Shown here in pieces: positions 42,171 to 58,590 of a DNA stretch of 64,000 bases; the stretch's first letter is position 1, and the number at the start of each line of letters is the position of its first letter. The translations under genes were made by a program, and so were the position numbers. Where the stretch lies: NCBI GenBank assembly GCA_963843885.1, contig CAWJMJ010000016.1:193168-257167 (forward strand). The letters are read 5' to 3'. Below the pieces are notes generated by a model, which made no database searches, was not told the origin of the DNA, and was given only the letters and a program-made list of their open reading frames with translations. The DNA comes from an uncultured Acidobacteriota bacterium (GTDB lineage: Bacteria > Acidobacteriota > Vicinamibacteria > Vicinamibacterales > UBA2999).

Positions 42171-43541
42171 GTGGCCCCATCCCGTATCGAAGAACTGCGA
42201 CGCCGGGTCCAAAGCGATCCGGCGTCCATCGCCTTCGCGCAGCTCGCCGAAGAGTACCGCCGCGCGGGCCAGACCGAGGAAGCGGTGCGCGTCTGCCGGG
42301 AAGGCCTGACCCGTCACCCCGGCTACCTGTCGGCGCGCGTCACGCTCGGCCGGGCCCTGCTCGACCTGGCGCAGCTCGATGCGGCCCGCCAGGAACTCGA
42401 GTTCGTCGTCACGGAGGCGCCCGAGAACCTGGCGGCCGTCCGTGGGCTGGCCGAGATCTTCCACCGGGACGGGCAGACGGCCGAGGCGCTGCACTACTAC
42501 CAGCGCGCGCTGGCGCTGGCCCGCCACGATCCCGAAATCGAAGAGATCGTGCAGCAGCTGTCGCGTCAGCTCGGGGCCGCCGCGGCCAATCCTGGCGGCG
42601 GGCTCTCCTACGAGGAGGCGCATCAGGAGCTGCTGTCGGCGGCCTCGCGCGTGCCGCTGGCGGCTCCGCAAGATCCGCCGCCGGTGCGCGATGCCGACCA
42701 GGGCGCGACCGCGCCGTTCGACTTCGACCGGCTGGTGGCCGCCCTCGGCAGCCCCGCCGCGCCGCCGCACGTGGAAGCGGCGGTTGCCGGCTACGCCGGC
42801 GCCGCGGCCTTCGAGTTGCCCGACTCGCCGGCATTGGACGGCGCCGACCCGTTTGCCGCCCTCGAAGCGGAATTGCGCGCCAACGAGGCCCACCTGGGCG
42901 CACCGAAGATCGCGCCGTGGTCGTCGGCAGACAGCGAGGCAGCCGAGGCCGGCGAGTTCATGGACGGCGACGCCGACGCGGCAACGCTACAGGATCCGAG
43001 ATGTCGCTGGCCGACGTGCTGGCCGACACGCTGCTCAGCGACACGCACGAGGCGGCGGTGCCTGGGGACGGCGCCGCCGACCAAGGTGAAGGCGACCGAC
43101 GGGACCCGCTCGAGAGTTACGCGGTCGTGGCGGTCGAACGGACTGAGCCGGTCGCGCAGGGAGAACCGGCCGGGCCGGGCGAGCAGGTGACCACGCCGGC
43201 TGCCGACGCCGTCGGGCAGGAGCCGTCGTTCGGCGGCGCCGTGTTCGCGGGCGCCGTCGACCCGTTCGCCATCGACCCGTTCGCAGTGGCCGTGGTTCTG
43301 CCCGTGGCAGACGTCGACGTGCCGGTGGAACCGCCGCCGGCGGCCGTCAGCAACGTGAGCGACGCGACCGGCTGGGACTTTCCGTCAGAGTCCCCGCGCG
43401 CGGCATGCGGAGGACACACCGGCCCCTGCGCCGCTGGCGCCGGCGCCGCCGACCCGGCACGCGTCCCCATCGTCATCGGAGGGTGTGCTCGACGAACTCG
43501 AGAGCTGGCTGACCACGCTCCAGGACCGCCTGAACGGCTGA
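42171..43541 (+). CDS. TPR protein with long acidic, Ala/Pro-rich C-terminal half (one frame break near 42.99 kb)
   Basis: No signal peptide. TPR helices AFAQLAEEYRRAGQTEEAVRVCREGLTRHPGYLSARVTLGRALLDLAQLDAARQEL...ALHYYQRALALARHDP. The tail ends at TGA 43539-43541. Confidence 0.6.
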
Positions 43542-43573
43542 CGACGCCACGCCGGCGTGCCGCGTTCTCCACC

Positions 43574-44682
43574 ATGCCTGCGCCTCCCGAACTGCTCGCC
43601 TCGCGGCTGGCGGCGCTGTCTGCCGCCGTGGCGACCGCGGCCGTCGACGCTCTGGTCGTCTCGCACCCGCCCAATCTCCTGTATCTGTTTGGCGTCCCGG
43701 CCTCGGCCGGGTTGGCTGTCGTCACGCCGGCCGGCGCCACGGTGGTGGCCGACGAGCGCTACCGCGAAACCTTCGCGCAGGCCGCGGCCGCGCTGCCCAA
43801 CGTCGAGGTGGTCGCGGTCGGGGTGGGGACGAGCTACGAAGAGACGCTGGCCCGCGTGCTTGGCGCCAGGTCGGTCCGAGTGGCCGGGGTAGAGGCCGCC
43901 GCGATGAGCCTGAGCCGGGCCGGCGCAGTGCGCCGCCACCTGCCTGAGGGGGTGCGCCTGGTCGAGACCGAGGGGGAGGTCGAGGCCCTGCGGATGGTCA
44001 AGGATCCGTGGGAACAGGCCATATTTCGCGAGGCCGGAGCTCGGCTCACCGCAGTCGCCGCGTGTATACTGCCCAAGGTGTCGGCGGGGCGGCAGGAACG
44101 CGACGTCGCCTGGGACATCGACGCCGCGCTTCGCCAGGGCGGCTTCGAGCGGTCAGCCTTCGAGGCGATTGTGGCCTCGGGTCCGAATAGCGCCCGGCCG
44201 CATCATCGCGCGGGCGACCGGCGCATCGCGCCGGGAGATCTTCGTGGTCGTGGATTTCGGGGGCGTGCTCGACGGCTATGCTGTCGACATGACCCGCACG
44301 GTGACGGTGGGCGAGGTAGGGGACGACCAGCGCCGCTGGTTGGCCGCCGTCGCCGCCGCACAGCGCGCGGCCATCGCGGCCGCCCGCCCTGGCGCGCTGC
44401 CGTCGACGGTCGACGGCGCGGCGCGCGAGGTATTGACCAGGGCCGGGCTGGGGGAGCGCTTCCTGCACAGCACGGGTCACGGATTAGGGCTTGAAGTGCA
44501 CGAACGCCCGGCCATCGGCCCGCGGGGCGACGGCGCCGGACCACTGGCTGCCGGGATGGTGTTCACCGTCGAGCCGGGCGTCTACGTCGCCGGGCGCGGC
44601 GGAGTCAGAATCGAAGACGACGTCATTGTCACAGCAAGCGGCGTGGAGCGCCTGACTGGCGCCGTGCCGGGTTTCGAGGCTC

Positions 44683-44693
<11 letters not shown>
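43574..44693 (+). CDS. pepP: Xaa-Pro aminopeptidase (M24 family), one frame break
   Basis: [84 protein letters not shown]. Confidence 0.85.
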
Positions 44694-45137
<444 letters not shown>

Positions 45138-45144
45138 GCCAACC

Positions 45145-46526
45145 ATGTTCAAGAAGATCCTGATCGCCAATCGCGGCGAGATCGCGCTGCGCGTCATCTG
45201 CGCCTGCCGCGAACTGGGCATCAAGACCGTCGCCGTGTACTCCGAGGCCGACGAGAACTCGCTGCACGTCCGCTTTGCCGACGAGGACGTCTGCATCGGC
45301 CCGGCGCGCAGCGCCGAGAGCTATCTGAACGTCCCGGCGATCATCAGCGCCGCCGAGATCACCGGCGCCGACGCCATCCATCCCGGCTACGGCTTCCTGT
45401 CCGAGAGCGCCTATCTCGCCGAGGTCTGCGAGGCCTGCCACATCCGCTTCATCGGCCCGACCCGCAGCGTGATCCGGCTGCTGGGCGACAAGTCGAAGGC
45501 GCGCCGCGCCATGAAGAAGGCCGGCGTGCCGATGCTGCCGGGCAGCGACGGCCCGGTCGAGAGCGAGGAGCAGGCGCATCGAGATGGCCAAGGACGATCG
45601 GCTATCCGGTGATCATCAAGGCGGTGGCCGGCGGCGGCGGCCGCGGCATGCGCATCGTCAAGACCGCCGGCGGACCTGCCGCATGCGCTGCGCACGGCGC
45701 AGCGCGAGGCGGAGGCGGCCTTCGGCGTCGGCGACGTCTACATCGAGAGTACCTCGAGGCGCCGCGCCACATCGAGTTCCAGATCCTCGGCGACCACCAC
45801 GGCAACGGTCGTGCACCTCGGCGAGCGCGAGTGCTCGATCCAGCGCCGCCACCAGAAGCTGCATCGAGGAATCGCCGTCGCCGGCGCTCACCGAAAAGGT
45901 GCGCCGCAAGATGGGCAGCCTGGTCGTCGATGCGGCGCGCGGCCGTGCAGTACACCAACGCCGGCACGTTCGAGTTCCTGATGGACGAGAAGGGCAACTT
46001 CTACTTCATGGAAGTGAACACCCGCGTCCAGGTCGAGCATCCGGTGACCGAGATGGTCACCGGCATCGACATCGTCAAGGAGCAGATCCGCATCGCCGCC
46101 GGCGAGCGCGCTGTCGGTTCAAGCAGAGCGACGTGACCTTCACCGGCCACGCGATCGAATGCCGCATCAACGCCGAGGATCCCGAGACGTTCGTGCCGTC
46201 GCCGGGCGTGATTCACGCCTTCAGCCATGCCCGGCGGCCCCGGCGTGCGCGTCGACACCGCCGCGCACGCCGAGTGCACCGATCCCGCCGTACTACGACT
46301 CGATGATCGCCAAGGTCATCGTCCACGGCCGCGACCGCGCCGAGTCGATCGCCCGCATGAAGCGGGTCGCTCGAGATGACCGTGATCGAAGGCATCAAGA
46401 CCAGCGATCCCGCTCCACCTCAAGATCCTGAGCGATCCCGACTTCGTGGCCGGGCGCCTCAGCACTCACTTCATGGAGCGCTTCATGCCTCCGGCCAAGA
46501 CGTCGTCGCTGGCGGCCTCGGCCTGA
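45145..46526 (+). CDS. accC: acetyl-CoA carboxylase biotin carboxylase subunit (frame broken many times)
   Basis: [137 protein letters not shown]. Confidence 0.92.
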
Positions 46527-46545
46527 CCGCCGCCCGGCCACGCCC

Positions 46546-47192
46546 ATGATGTCGCCGCTTTACGCCATCGTCGACGTGGACCTGAGTGCGCGGGCCGGCG
46601 TGGCGCCGGTCGACATCGCGCGCGCCTATCTGCAGGGCGGCGCGCGCCTCCTGCAAGTCCGCGCCAAGAGCCTGACCGGCGGCCCCTTCCTGGCGCTGGC
46701 CGACCAGGTCGCCGCGGCCGCCCGTGACACCGGCGCCGTCGTGGTGATCAACGACCGCGTCGACGTGGCTCGCGCCGCCGGCCTGGGCGTGCACCTCGGT
46801 CAAGACGACCTGCCGGTGGCGGCCGCGCGCGCGCTGCTCGGCCCGGACGCGGTCGTCGGATTCTCCACCCACACCCCGGCACAGCTCGCCCTCGCGCTGC
46901 GCCAGCCCGTGAGCTACGTCGCCTACGGCCCGGTCTTCGCCACCGCCAGCAAGGCCACCCGGATGCGGTGGTGGGCCTCGACGGACTGGTCCGCGGCGGC
47001 GGCTGCCGCGGCAGCGGCCGGCGTGCCGCTCGTGGCCATCGGCGGCATCACGCTCGGCCACGGCCGGCGCCGTGCGCGCGGCCGGCGCCACGAGCAGTCG
47101 CCGTCATCGCGCGATCTGCTGGCTGGCCCCGAGACGCCCCGCCGAGCGCGCGCGCCCGGTTTCTCTGGGCGCTTGGCGCGCAGACGGTATAA
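46546..47192 (+). CDS. thiE: thiamine-phosphate synthase (canonical copy; frame broken in the 3' third)
   Basis: LYAIVDVD, GARLLQVRAKSL, VVINDRVDVARAAGLGVHLGQDDL, GFSTHT, YVAYGPVFATASK, PLVAIGGIT. The stop TAA at 47190-47192 lies inside a TATAAT hexamer. Confidence 0.8.
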
Positions 47193-47193
47193 T
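47188..47193 (+). promoter_or_regulatory. candidate -10 box (TATAAT) for the permease gene
   Basis: GGTATAAT lies 62 nt upstream of ATG 47256, which has SD GGAGG. The hexamer contains the thiE stop codon. Confidence 0.35.
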
Positions 47194-47255
47194 TCCCCCG
47201 GCTTTGGGCCCGAACGCGCCGTCAACGCGGCCGGGCTGCACCAAATGGAGGCTGA

Positions 47256-48937
47256 ATGGATTCGAATCTGCTCAAGACGAAGTCGATCGAGCAACTGGTC
47301 GGCGACGTCGAACACGGCAGCAAGGCCCTGAAGCGCAGCCTCACGGCGTGGGATCTCACGCTGCTCGGCATCGGGGCCATCATCGGCACCGGCATCTTCG
47401 TGCTCACGGGCACCGCGGCGGCCAACCAGGCCGGCCCGGCCATCATGGTGTCCTACCTGTTCGCCGGCCTGGCCTGCGGCTTCGCCGCGCTGTGCTACGC
47501 CGAGTTCGCGTCGATGATTCCCGATCGCCGGCAGCGCCTACACCTACGCCTACGCGACCATGGGCGAGCTGTTCGCCTGGATCATCGGCTGGGACCTGAT
47601 CCTCGAGTACGCGGTCGGCTCGATGACCGTGGCCATCGGCTGGAGCGGCTACATGCAGAAGCTGCTGTCGGGCGCCGGCATCACGCTGCCGTTGTGGATG
47701 TCGGCGGCGCCGAGCGCCGCCAGCCCCGGCACCATCGTCAACCTGCCGGCCGTGATCATCGTGCTGTGCATCTGCTACCTGCTGGTCGTCGGCATCCGTG
47801 AGAGCGCGCGCTTCAACGCCATCATGGTCGGCGTGAAGCTGGCGGCGGTGGTGTTCTTCATCGGCGCCGGTGCCGTCTACGTGAAGCCCGAGAACTGGGA
47901 TCCGTTCACGCCCTACGGCTGGTCGGGGGTGATGGGCGCCGCCGGCGTGGTCTTCTTCGCCTATATCGGCTTCGATGCCGTGTCGACGACGGCGGAGGAA
48001 GCCAAGAACCCGCAGCGCGATCTGCCCATCGGCATCATCGCGTCGCTCGTCGTCTGCACCATGCTCTACCTGGTGGTGGCGGCCATCCTCACGGGCATCG
48101 TCCCGGTGCGTCGACTACAAGACCGATCAGGAGTTCCTCAACGCCCCGGTGGCCTTCGCGCTTGAGCCTCATCGGGCAGGACTGGGCGGCCGACCTCGTG
48201 TCGGCCGGCGCCGTGGCCGGCATCACGTCGGTGCTGCTCGTGATGCTCATGAGCCAGCCGCGCATCTTCTTCGCCATGAGCCGCGACGGCCTGCTGCCGC
48301 CAGGGGTCAGCAAGGTCCACCCGAAGTTCGGCACGCCCTACATCACCACCATCATCACCTGCGTCGTCGTGGCCCTGGTCGCCGGCGGTCACGCAGATTC
48401 AGACGGTCGGCGAGATGACCTCGATCGGCACGCTCTTCGCCTTCGCCATCGTGTGCGGCGCCGTGCTGATCCTGCGGGTGACGCGGCCCGAGGTGCATCG
48501 GCCCTTCCGCGTGCCGTTCGGCCCGGTTATTCCCGGTGCTCGGCATCCTGTCGTGCGTCTACCTGATGCTGAACCTGCCCATCCTTACCTGGATCCGGTT
48601 CCTGGTGTGGCTCGACCTCGGCATGCTGATCTACTGGTTCTACGGGCGCACCCACAGCCCGCTGTCCGACGAGCGCGAGAAGGCGGCGAGATCGGCCTTC
48701 GAGAACGTCGCCAACTTCGTGTTCGTGATGGGCGCGCTGGCCGTGTTCAACACGGCCTGCATCGCCGTGCTGGCCTACATGACCGAACTGGGCCTCACGA
48801 CCGAGACCATCGCCAAGTGGCACGAGATCGGCGTGACGGCCGAGGAAGCCGACGTCTTCGGCCTGAAGTGGCTGGCGGTGTCGGCGGTGATACTGGCCGC
48901 GGGCTTCGGCTTGCGGAAGGCCTCGTCGTCGAAGTAG
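47256..48937 (+). CDS. APC-superfamily amino acid permease (cationic amino acid transporter-like; frame broken)
   Basis: LKRSLTAWDLTLLGIGAIIGTGIFVLTG, GSAYTYAYATMGELFAWIIGWDLILEY, FFAYIGFDAVSTTAEEAKNPQRDLP, QPRIFFAMSRDGLLP, HPKFGTPY. Confidence 0.85.
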
Positions 48938-49162
48938 GCGGGGCACCCGACTCGGGGCGCAAGCGCCGGACACCGTGACCGGGCAGCGCGCGATGGTGGC
49001 GCTGGCGAACCCGTCGTGACGAGACTGCGTCGGCGCGTCGGCGAAGCTCGAGCGCTTGCGGTCGCCCGGCCGCCGGTGCCGCCGTCGCCACGGCTCCACT
49101 CAGGAAGGACATATGCACTGCGATTCGTTGCCCGAGGCGCGTCCGTTGGCTGGAGGGCGCGC

Positions 49163-50102
<940 letters not shown>

Positions 50103-50107
50103 CCGCC

Positions 50108-50710
50108 ATGACCCGCATCGCGCTGACCGGCGGCATCGCGACGGGCAAGAGCGTCGTCGCGCGGGCGCTGCGCGACGCGGGCGTGCGCACGGTCGACGCC
50201 GATCAACTGGCCCGCGCCCTGGTCGAGCCCGGCACGCCGGGACTGGCGGCGGTCGTCGATCGCTTCGGCCCGGGTGTCATCGCCGCCGACGGGCGGCTCG
50301 ATCGCCAGGCCGTGGCGCGGGTGGTGTTTGCCGATACCGCGGCCCGCCGCGACCTCGAGCAACTCCTGCATCCAGGGGTGCGGCAGGGCATCGCGGCCTT
50401 CTTCTCGGCGCTGGCGCCGGGCGAGGTGGGCGTGGCGGAGGTGCCGCTGCTCTACGAGACCGGCTGGGTGACCGCGTTCGACGTGGCGGTCGTGGCTGCC
50501 TGCCGGCGCGGCACGCAGCGGGCCCGGCTGATGGCGCGCGACCAGATGACCCAGGCGGCCGCTGAGCAGCGGCTGGCGGCGCAGTGGCCGATCGAGGACA
50601 AAGCGCGCCTGGCGGATGCGGTCGTCGTCACCGAAGGGCCGTTGGCGCAGACACTGACGCAAGCCGCGCGCCTGGCGGGCTGGCTCAGAGGTCGCTCGTG
50701 TCCTTGGTGA
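50108..50710 (+). CDS. coaE: dephospho-CoA kinase
   Basis: Intact. MTRIALTGGIATGKSVV (P-loop), VDADQLAR, VPLLYETG. Confidence 0.88.
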   Translation: MTRIALTGGIATGKSVVARALRDAGVRTVDADQLARALVEPGTPGLAAVVDRFGPGVIAADGRLDRQAVARVVFADTAARRDLEQLLHPGVRQGIAAFFSALAPGEVGVAEVPLLYETGWVTAFDVAVVAACRRGTQRARLMARDQMTQAAAEQRLAAQWPIEDKARLADAVVVTEGPLAQTLTQAARLAGWLRGRSCPW

Positions 50711-51906
50711 CCGGGCCGATGCGTTCCTCGACGAAGCTGTTCCACTCGTGACAGTGCGGGCACTGCCACAGCAGTTCGGTGACTGCGGTAGTGACAGCGC
50801 AGGCACACGTGCGGATCGAGATAGAAGACGGCGGCCTTGGCGTGCCGGACATAGCGTTCGACCGAGCCGCGGTCGAGATTCATGTGGAGCAGCAGATCCC
50901 AGATCGCCTCGTGCACGGTCAGCCCGTGCGGGTTGTGGCTGAGAGCCTCCAGGAACTGGTCGAGGGCCGTGGCGGTGTGGCCGTCTTCGGCCAGCGCGCG
51001 CCCGAGCGCCAGCCGGGCCCGCCAGTTCTGCGGATGCGCCGCCGCGACGCGCCGGCACAGATCGAGAAAGCGCTCCGGCTGGCCGCTGGCCGTATAGGCC
51101 GCGCGCAGCCGTTCCAGCACCAGATGCGCCCGGTCGGGCGTGCTGTCCACGACGTTTTCCCACACCGCAATGGCCTCGTCGCGCTTGCCCTCGCGGGTCA
51201 GCGTCTCGCCCAGGTTCACTGACGCCGGCGTGACGGCCGGATCGAGGTCGAGGGCGGTCACGAAGCGGGCATGCGCGGTGGCGACGTCGCCGGCCTTCAG
51301 CGCCGTCAGGCCGCGTTCGTTCTCGAGGAAGGCCAGAATCCCCTGGCTCTTGGCCGGCGATTCGGGCCCGGCCATGGCCACGAGTTCCTGGCGGACGCGG
51401 GCGGCCTCGTCCCACTGGCGCTGTTCCTCGTAGACCTTCTCGAGGTGCAGCAAGGCGTAGGAATTGGCCGGATCGAGCCGGCGCACTTCCTTGAACGCCT
51501 CGACGGCGCGGTCGACGAAGCCCCCCCGCTTGAAGTCGAGGCCCAGGCACAGCATCACGTAGGCGTGCTCGACGCGCGTCAGGTTCTGGCGCTGGAGCAG
51601 CGACTGATGGACCTGGATGGCCCGCGACACCTGGCCGCGCTCGCGGTAGACGTTGCCCAGGATCAGGTGAATCTCCAGGGCGTCGGCATCGACGCGGGCG
51701 GCCTGGCTCAGTTCCTCGATGGCCAGATCGATCTGGTTGGCCACCAGGAAGTTCAGGCCAAGCACGTAGTGGTGCGAGTCACGGGCTTTGCGCCGGTCGA
51801 TCCAGCGCCCGTCGCGCAGCTTGTAACGCTCCCAGGCCTTGCCGATCGCGACGCCGGCCAGCAGCGCCAGCAGCACCGAGATGAACGGCAGATAGTCGCT
51901 CGGCAC
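50685..51906 (-). CDS. lapB: lipopolysaccharide assembly protein B (TPR + C-terminal rubredoxin-type zinc finger; one frame break near 50.79 kb)
   Basis: N-terminal TM segment FISVLLALLAGVAIGKAW, then TPR repeats. The C-terminal CLRCHYRS...CPHCHEW lies in a shifted frame. The 3' end overlaps the coaE 3' end. Confidence 0.8.
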
Positions 51907-51910
51907 AGGG

Positions 51911-54347
<2,437 letters not shown>

Positions 54348-54388
54348 ATCGGCGAAGCCGTCGCGGCCTCGACGGCAGGACCGGTAAG

Positions 54389-54928
54389 ATGAGCAGCGCC
54401 ATGGCGACCACTACTTCCCGTGCCCAGGGTGTGATGCTCGCTGGCGCCGCGCTGGCGGGCTGGCTGGCCGGCTCCACGCTCAACCCCCCGGTGGCGGTCA
54501 CGCAGGTCGCGGCGCCGCGGCCCGTCGCGACGCCGATGGCCCGAACGGAACTGCCGCACGTGCGGTGGCCCGCCGCGACGCGCCGGGTGGGCCCGCCGGC
54601 GCCGTCGCGCAATCCCTTCTCGTTCCGCGCGGCGGCTCCAGTCGCGGCGGCGCGCCGCGTGGTCGCGGCCGCGCGTGACGAGGTGCCCGTCGCCGCCGCG
54701 TCGTCCGCCATGGACGACGCGGCGCTCGCACCGGCACCGCGCTGGCGGCTGTCAGGCATCGCCACCAGCGACGGCGGCGATGTCGTGGCGGTCATCAGCG
54801 GCGGCGGCGACGTGCATCTGATGCGCGCCGGCGAGGCGCTGCCGGGCGGCGACGACGTCGTCGAGGTGGGACCGTCCCATGTCGTCGTGCGCACCACGGC
54901 TGGCCTGCTGACCCTGCGCCTGCCGTAA
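54389..54928 (+). CDS. hypothetical membrane-anchored protein with PilP/GspC-like C-terminal beta domain
   Basis: N-terminal hydrophobic segment VMLAGAALAGWLAG, Ala/Pro-rich linker, then WRLSGIATSDGGDVVAVISGGGDVHLMRAGEALPGGDDVVEVGPSHVVVRT. The domain assignment is only pattern resemblance. Confidence 0.4.
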   Translation: MSSAMATTTSRAQGVMLAGAALAGWLAGSTLNPPVAVTQVAAPRPVATPMARTELPHVRWPAATRRVGPPAPSRNPFSFRAAAPVAAARRVVAAARDEVPVAAASSAMDDAALAPAPRWRLSGIATSDGGDVVAVISGGGDVHLMRAGEALPGGDDVVEVGPSHVVVRTTAGLLTLRLP

Positions 54929-55160
54929 CGGCACGACGCGCCGATCAAGGCGCGACCAGGTGTGCGGTCGCTGTCCATGGCGCACAAGCGGCGTGCCACA
55001 TCACATATGACCCGTGCGGACGATCCGGCCACGTTCGATCCGTCGTGACGACGCGGGGCGCGGTCAATCACCCGAAGGGCCATCGCCGCGCACCGTCGAC
55101 GGTGCAGCGTGTTCGTCGCCGCGCCGGCGCCGCGTCTGGGACGAAGTGCGGCGCGCGCCG

Positions 55161-55178
55161 CCTGCGGAATTCCGCAGG
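55161..55178. promoter_or_regulatory. perfect 18-bp palindrome (operator-like) abutting a TATAAT box
   Basis: CCTGCGGAATTCCGCAGG is its own reverse complement and is followed immediately by TATAAT. Confidence 0.6.
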
Positions 55179-55184
55179 TATAAT
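55179..55184 (+). promoter_or_regulatory. candidate -10 box (TATAAT)
   Basis: A consensus hexamer in a 482-bp intergenic region. The 14-mer TCCGCAGGTATAAT is identical to the one at 59748-59761. Confidence 0.4.
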
Positions 55185-55311
55185 GCCACTCTTGTGCGAG
55201 CTGTCACGAGCCTGCCCGGCACGCGGGCCCAGGCGGGAGAGCGCGCACCAGTGGTGGTGCAAACCGGTGTTTTGTTCGACTTCGTCGGCCTGGGTGCGTT
55301 CCTACGGGGGC

Positions 55312-55332
55312 TTATCCACAGGGTTTTCCACA
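55312..55332 (+). promoter_or_regulatory. two direct DnaA-box-like 9-mers
   Basis: TTATCCACA (55312-55320, perfect consensus) and TTTTCCACA (55324-55332, one mismatch), about 80-100 nt upstream of the mdh ATG. Confidence 0.4.
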
Positions 55333-55410
55333 GAACGTGTGAACATCCTGATCCCGGGCGGCGGGGGCCTGACCTAATTCCCGCATCGGGTCTGTGTTTG
55401 GAGCGTATCG

Positions 55411-57560
<2,150 letters not shown>

Positions 57561-57562
57561 AC

Positions 57563-58444
57563 ATGGCCGTCCTGCTCGACCAGAACACGCGCCTGATCGT
57601 CCAGGGCCTCACCGGCCGCGAAGGCACGTTCCACGCCAAGGCCGCGGCGGCCTATCGGCACCACCGTCGTCGGCGGCGTCACGCCCGGCAAGGGCGGCAC
57701 GACCCACGAGGGCTGGCCGGTGTTCAACACCGTCGCACGACGCGGTGACGGAGACCGGCGCCAACGCGTCGGTGATCTTCGTGCCGCCGCCGTTTGCCGC
57801 CGACGCGATCATGGAAGCGGCCGACGCCGGCATCGCGCTGGTGGTCTGCATCACCGAAGGCATTCCGGTCGTCGACATGATGCAAGGCGATGACCTTCCT
57901 GCAGGACGCGCCCGGCGCACGCGGCTGATCGGCCCGAACTGCCCGGGCATCATCTCGCCGGGCAAGGGCAAGGCCGGCATCATCCCGGCCAACATCTGCA
58001 AGGAAGGGCGCATCGGCATCGTGTCGAAGAGCGGCACGCTCACCTACGAAGCGATCGCACCAGCTGACGCGCCTTGGCATCGGCCAGATCGACCTGCATC
58101 GGCATCGGCGGCGATCCGCTGATCGGCACGACCCACATCGACGCGCTCGAGCTGTTCCAGCCGACGACGACACCGAAGCGGTGATCATGATCGGCGAGAT
58201 CGGCGGCACGGCCGAGGAAGAAGCCGCCGCCTGGATCAAGGCGCACTTCAAGAAGCCGGTCGTCGCCTTCATCGCCGGCCAGACGGCGCCGCCGGGGCGC
58301 CGCATGGGCCACGCCGGCGCGATCATCGCCGGCGGCCAGGGCACGGCGGCCGAGAAGATGGCGGCGCTGACCGCCGCCGGCGTCACGGTGGTCAAGAGCC
58401 CGGCCGACATGGGAGACTCCCTGGTCAAGGCGCTCGCCCGATGA
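57563..58444 (+). CDS. sucD: succinyl-CoA synthetase alpha subunit (frame broken many times)
   Basis: [107 protein letters not shown]. Confidence 0.92.
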
Positions 58445-58535
58445 TCCACCTGGCTGTGACCCGCTGCTCGTTTACGGGCTCGTTTGCCCGCAGGGGCGCG
58501 GTGTAGGCCGAATCGTTCGAATCGGCACGCACTCA

Positions 58536-58576
58536 CCGCCGCCCCGGCCGACAGGCCCGGGCGGCGGTTTTCTTTT
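58536..58576 (+). terminator. intrinsic terminator after sucD
   Basis: CCGCCGCCC...GGGCGGCGG GC-rich stem followed by TTTTCTTTT. Confidence 0.75.
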
Positions 58577-58590
58577 GGGGGACGACCGAC

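Noticed and set aside
55290-55410. Chromosomal replication origin
   Set aside because: There are only two DnaA-box-like 9-mers, no AT-rich unwinding element, and no dnaA, dnaN or par genes nearby.
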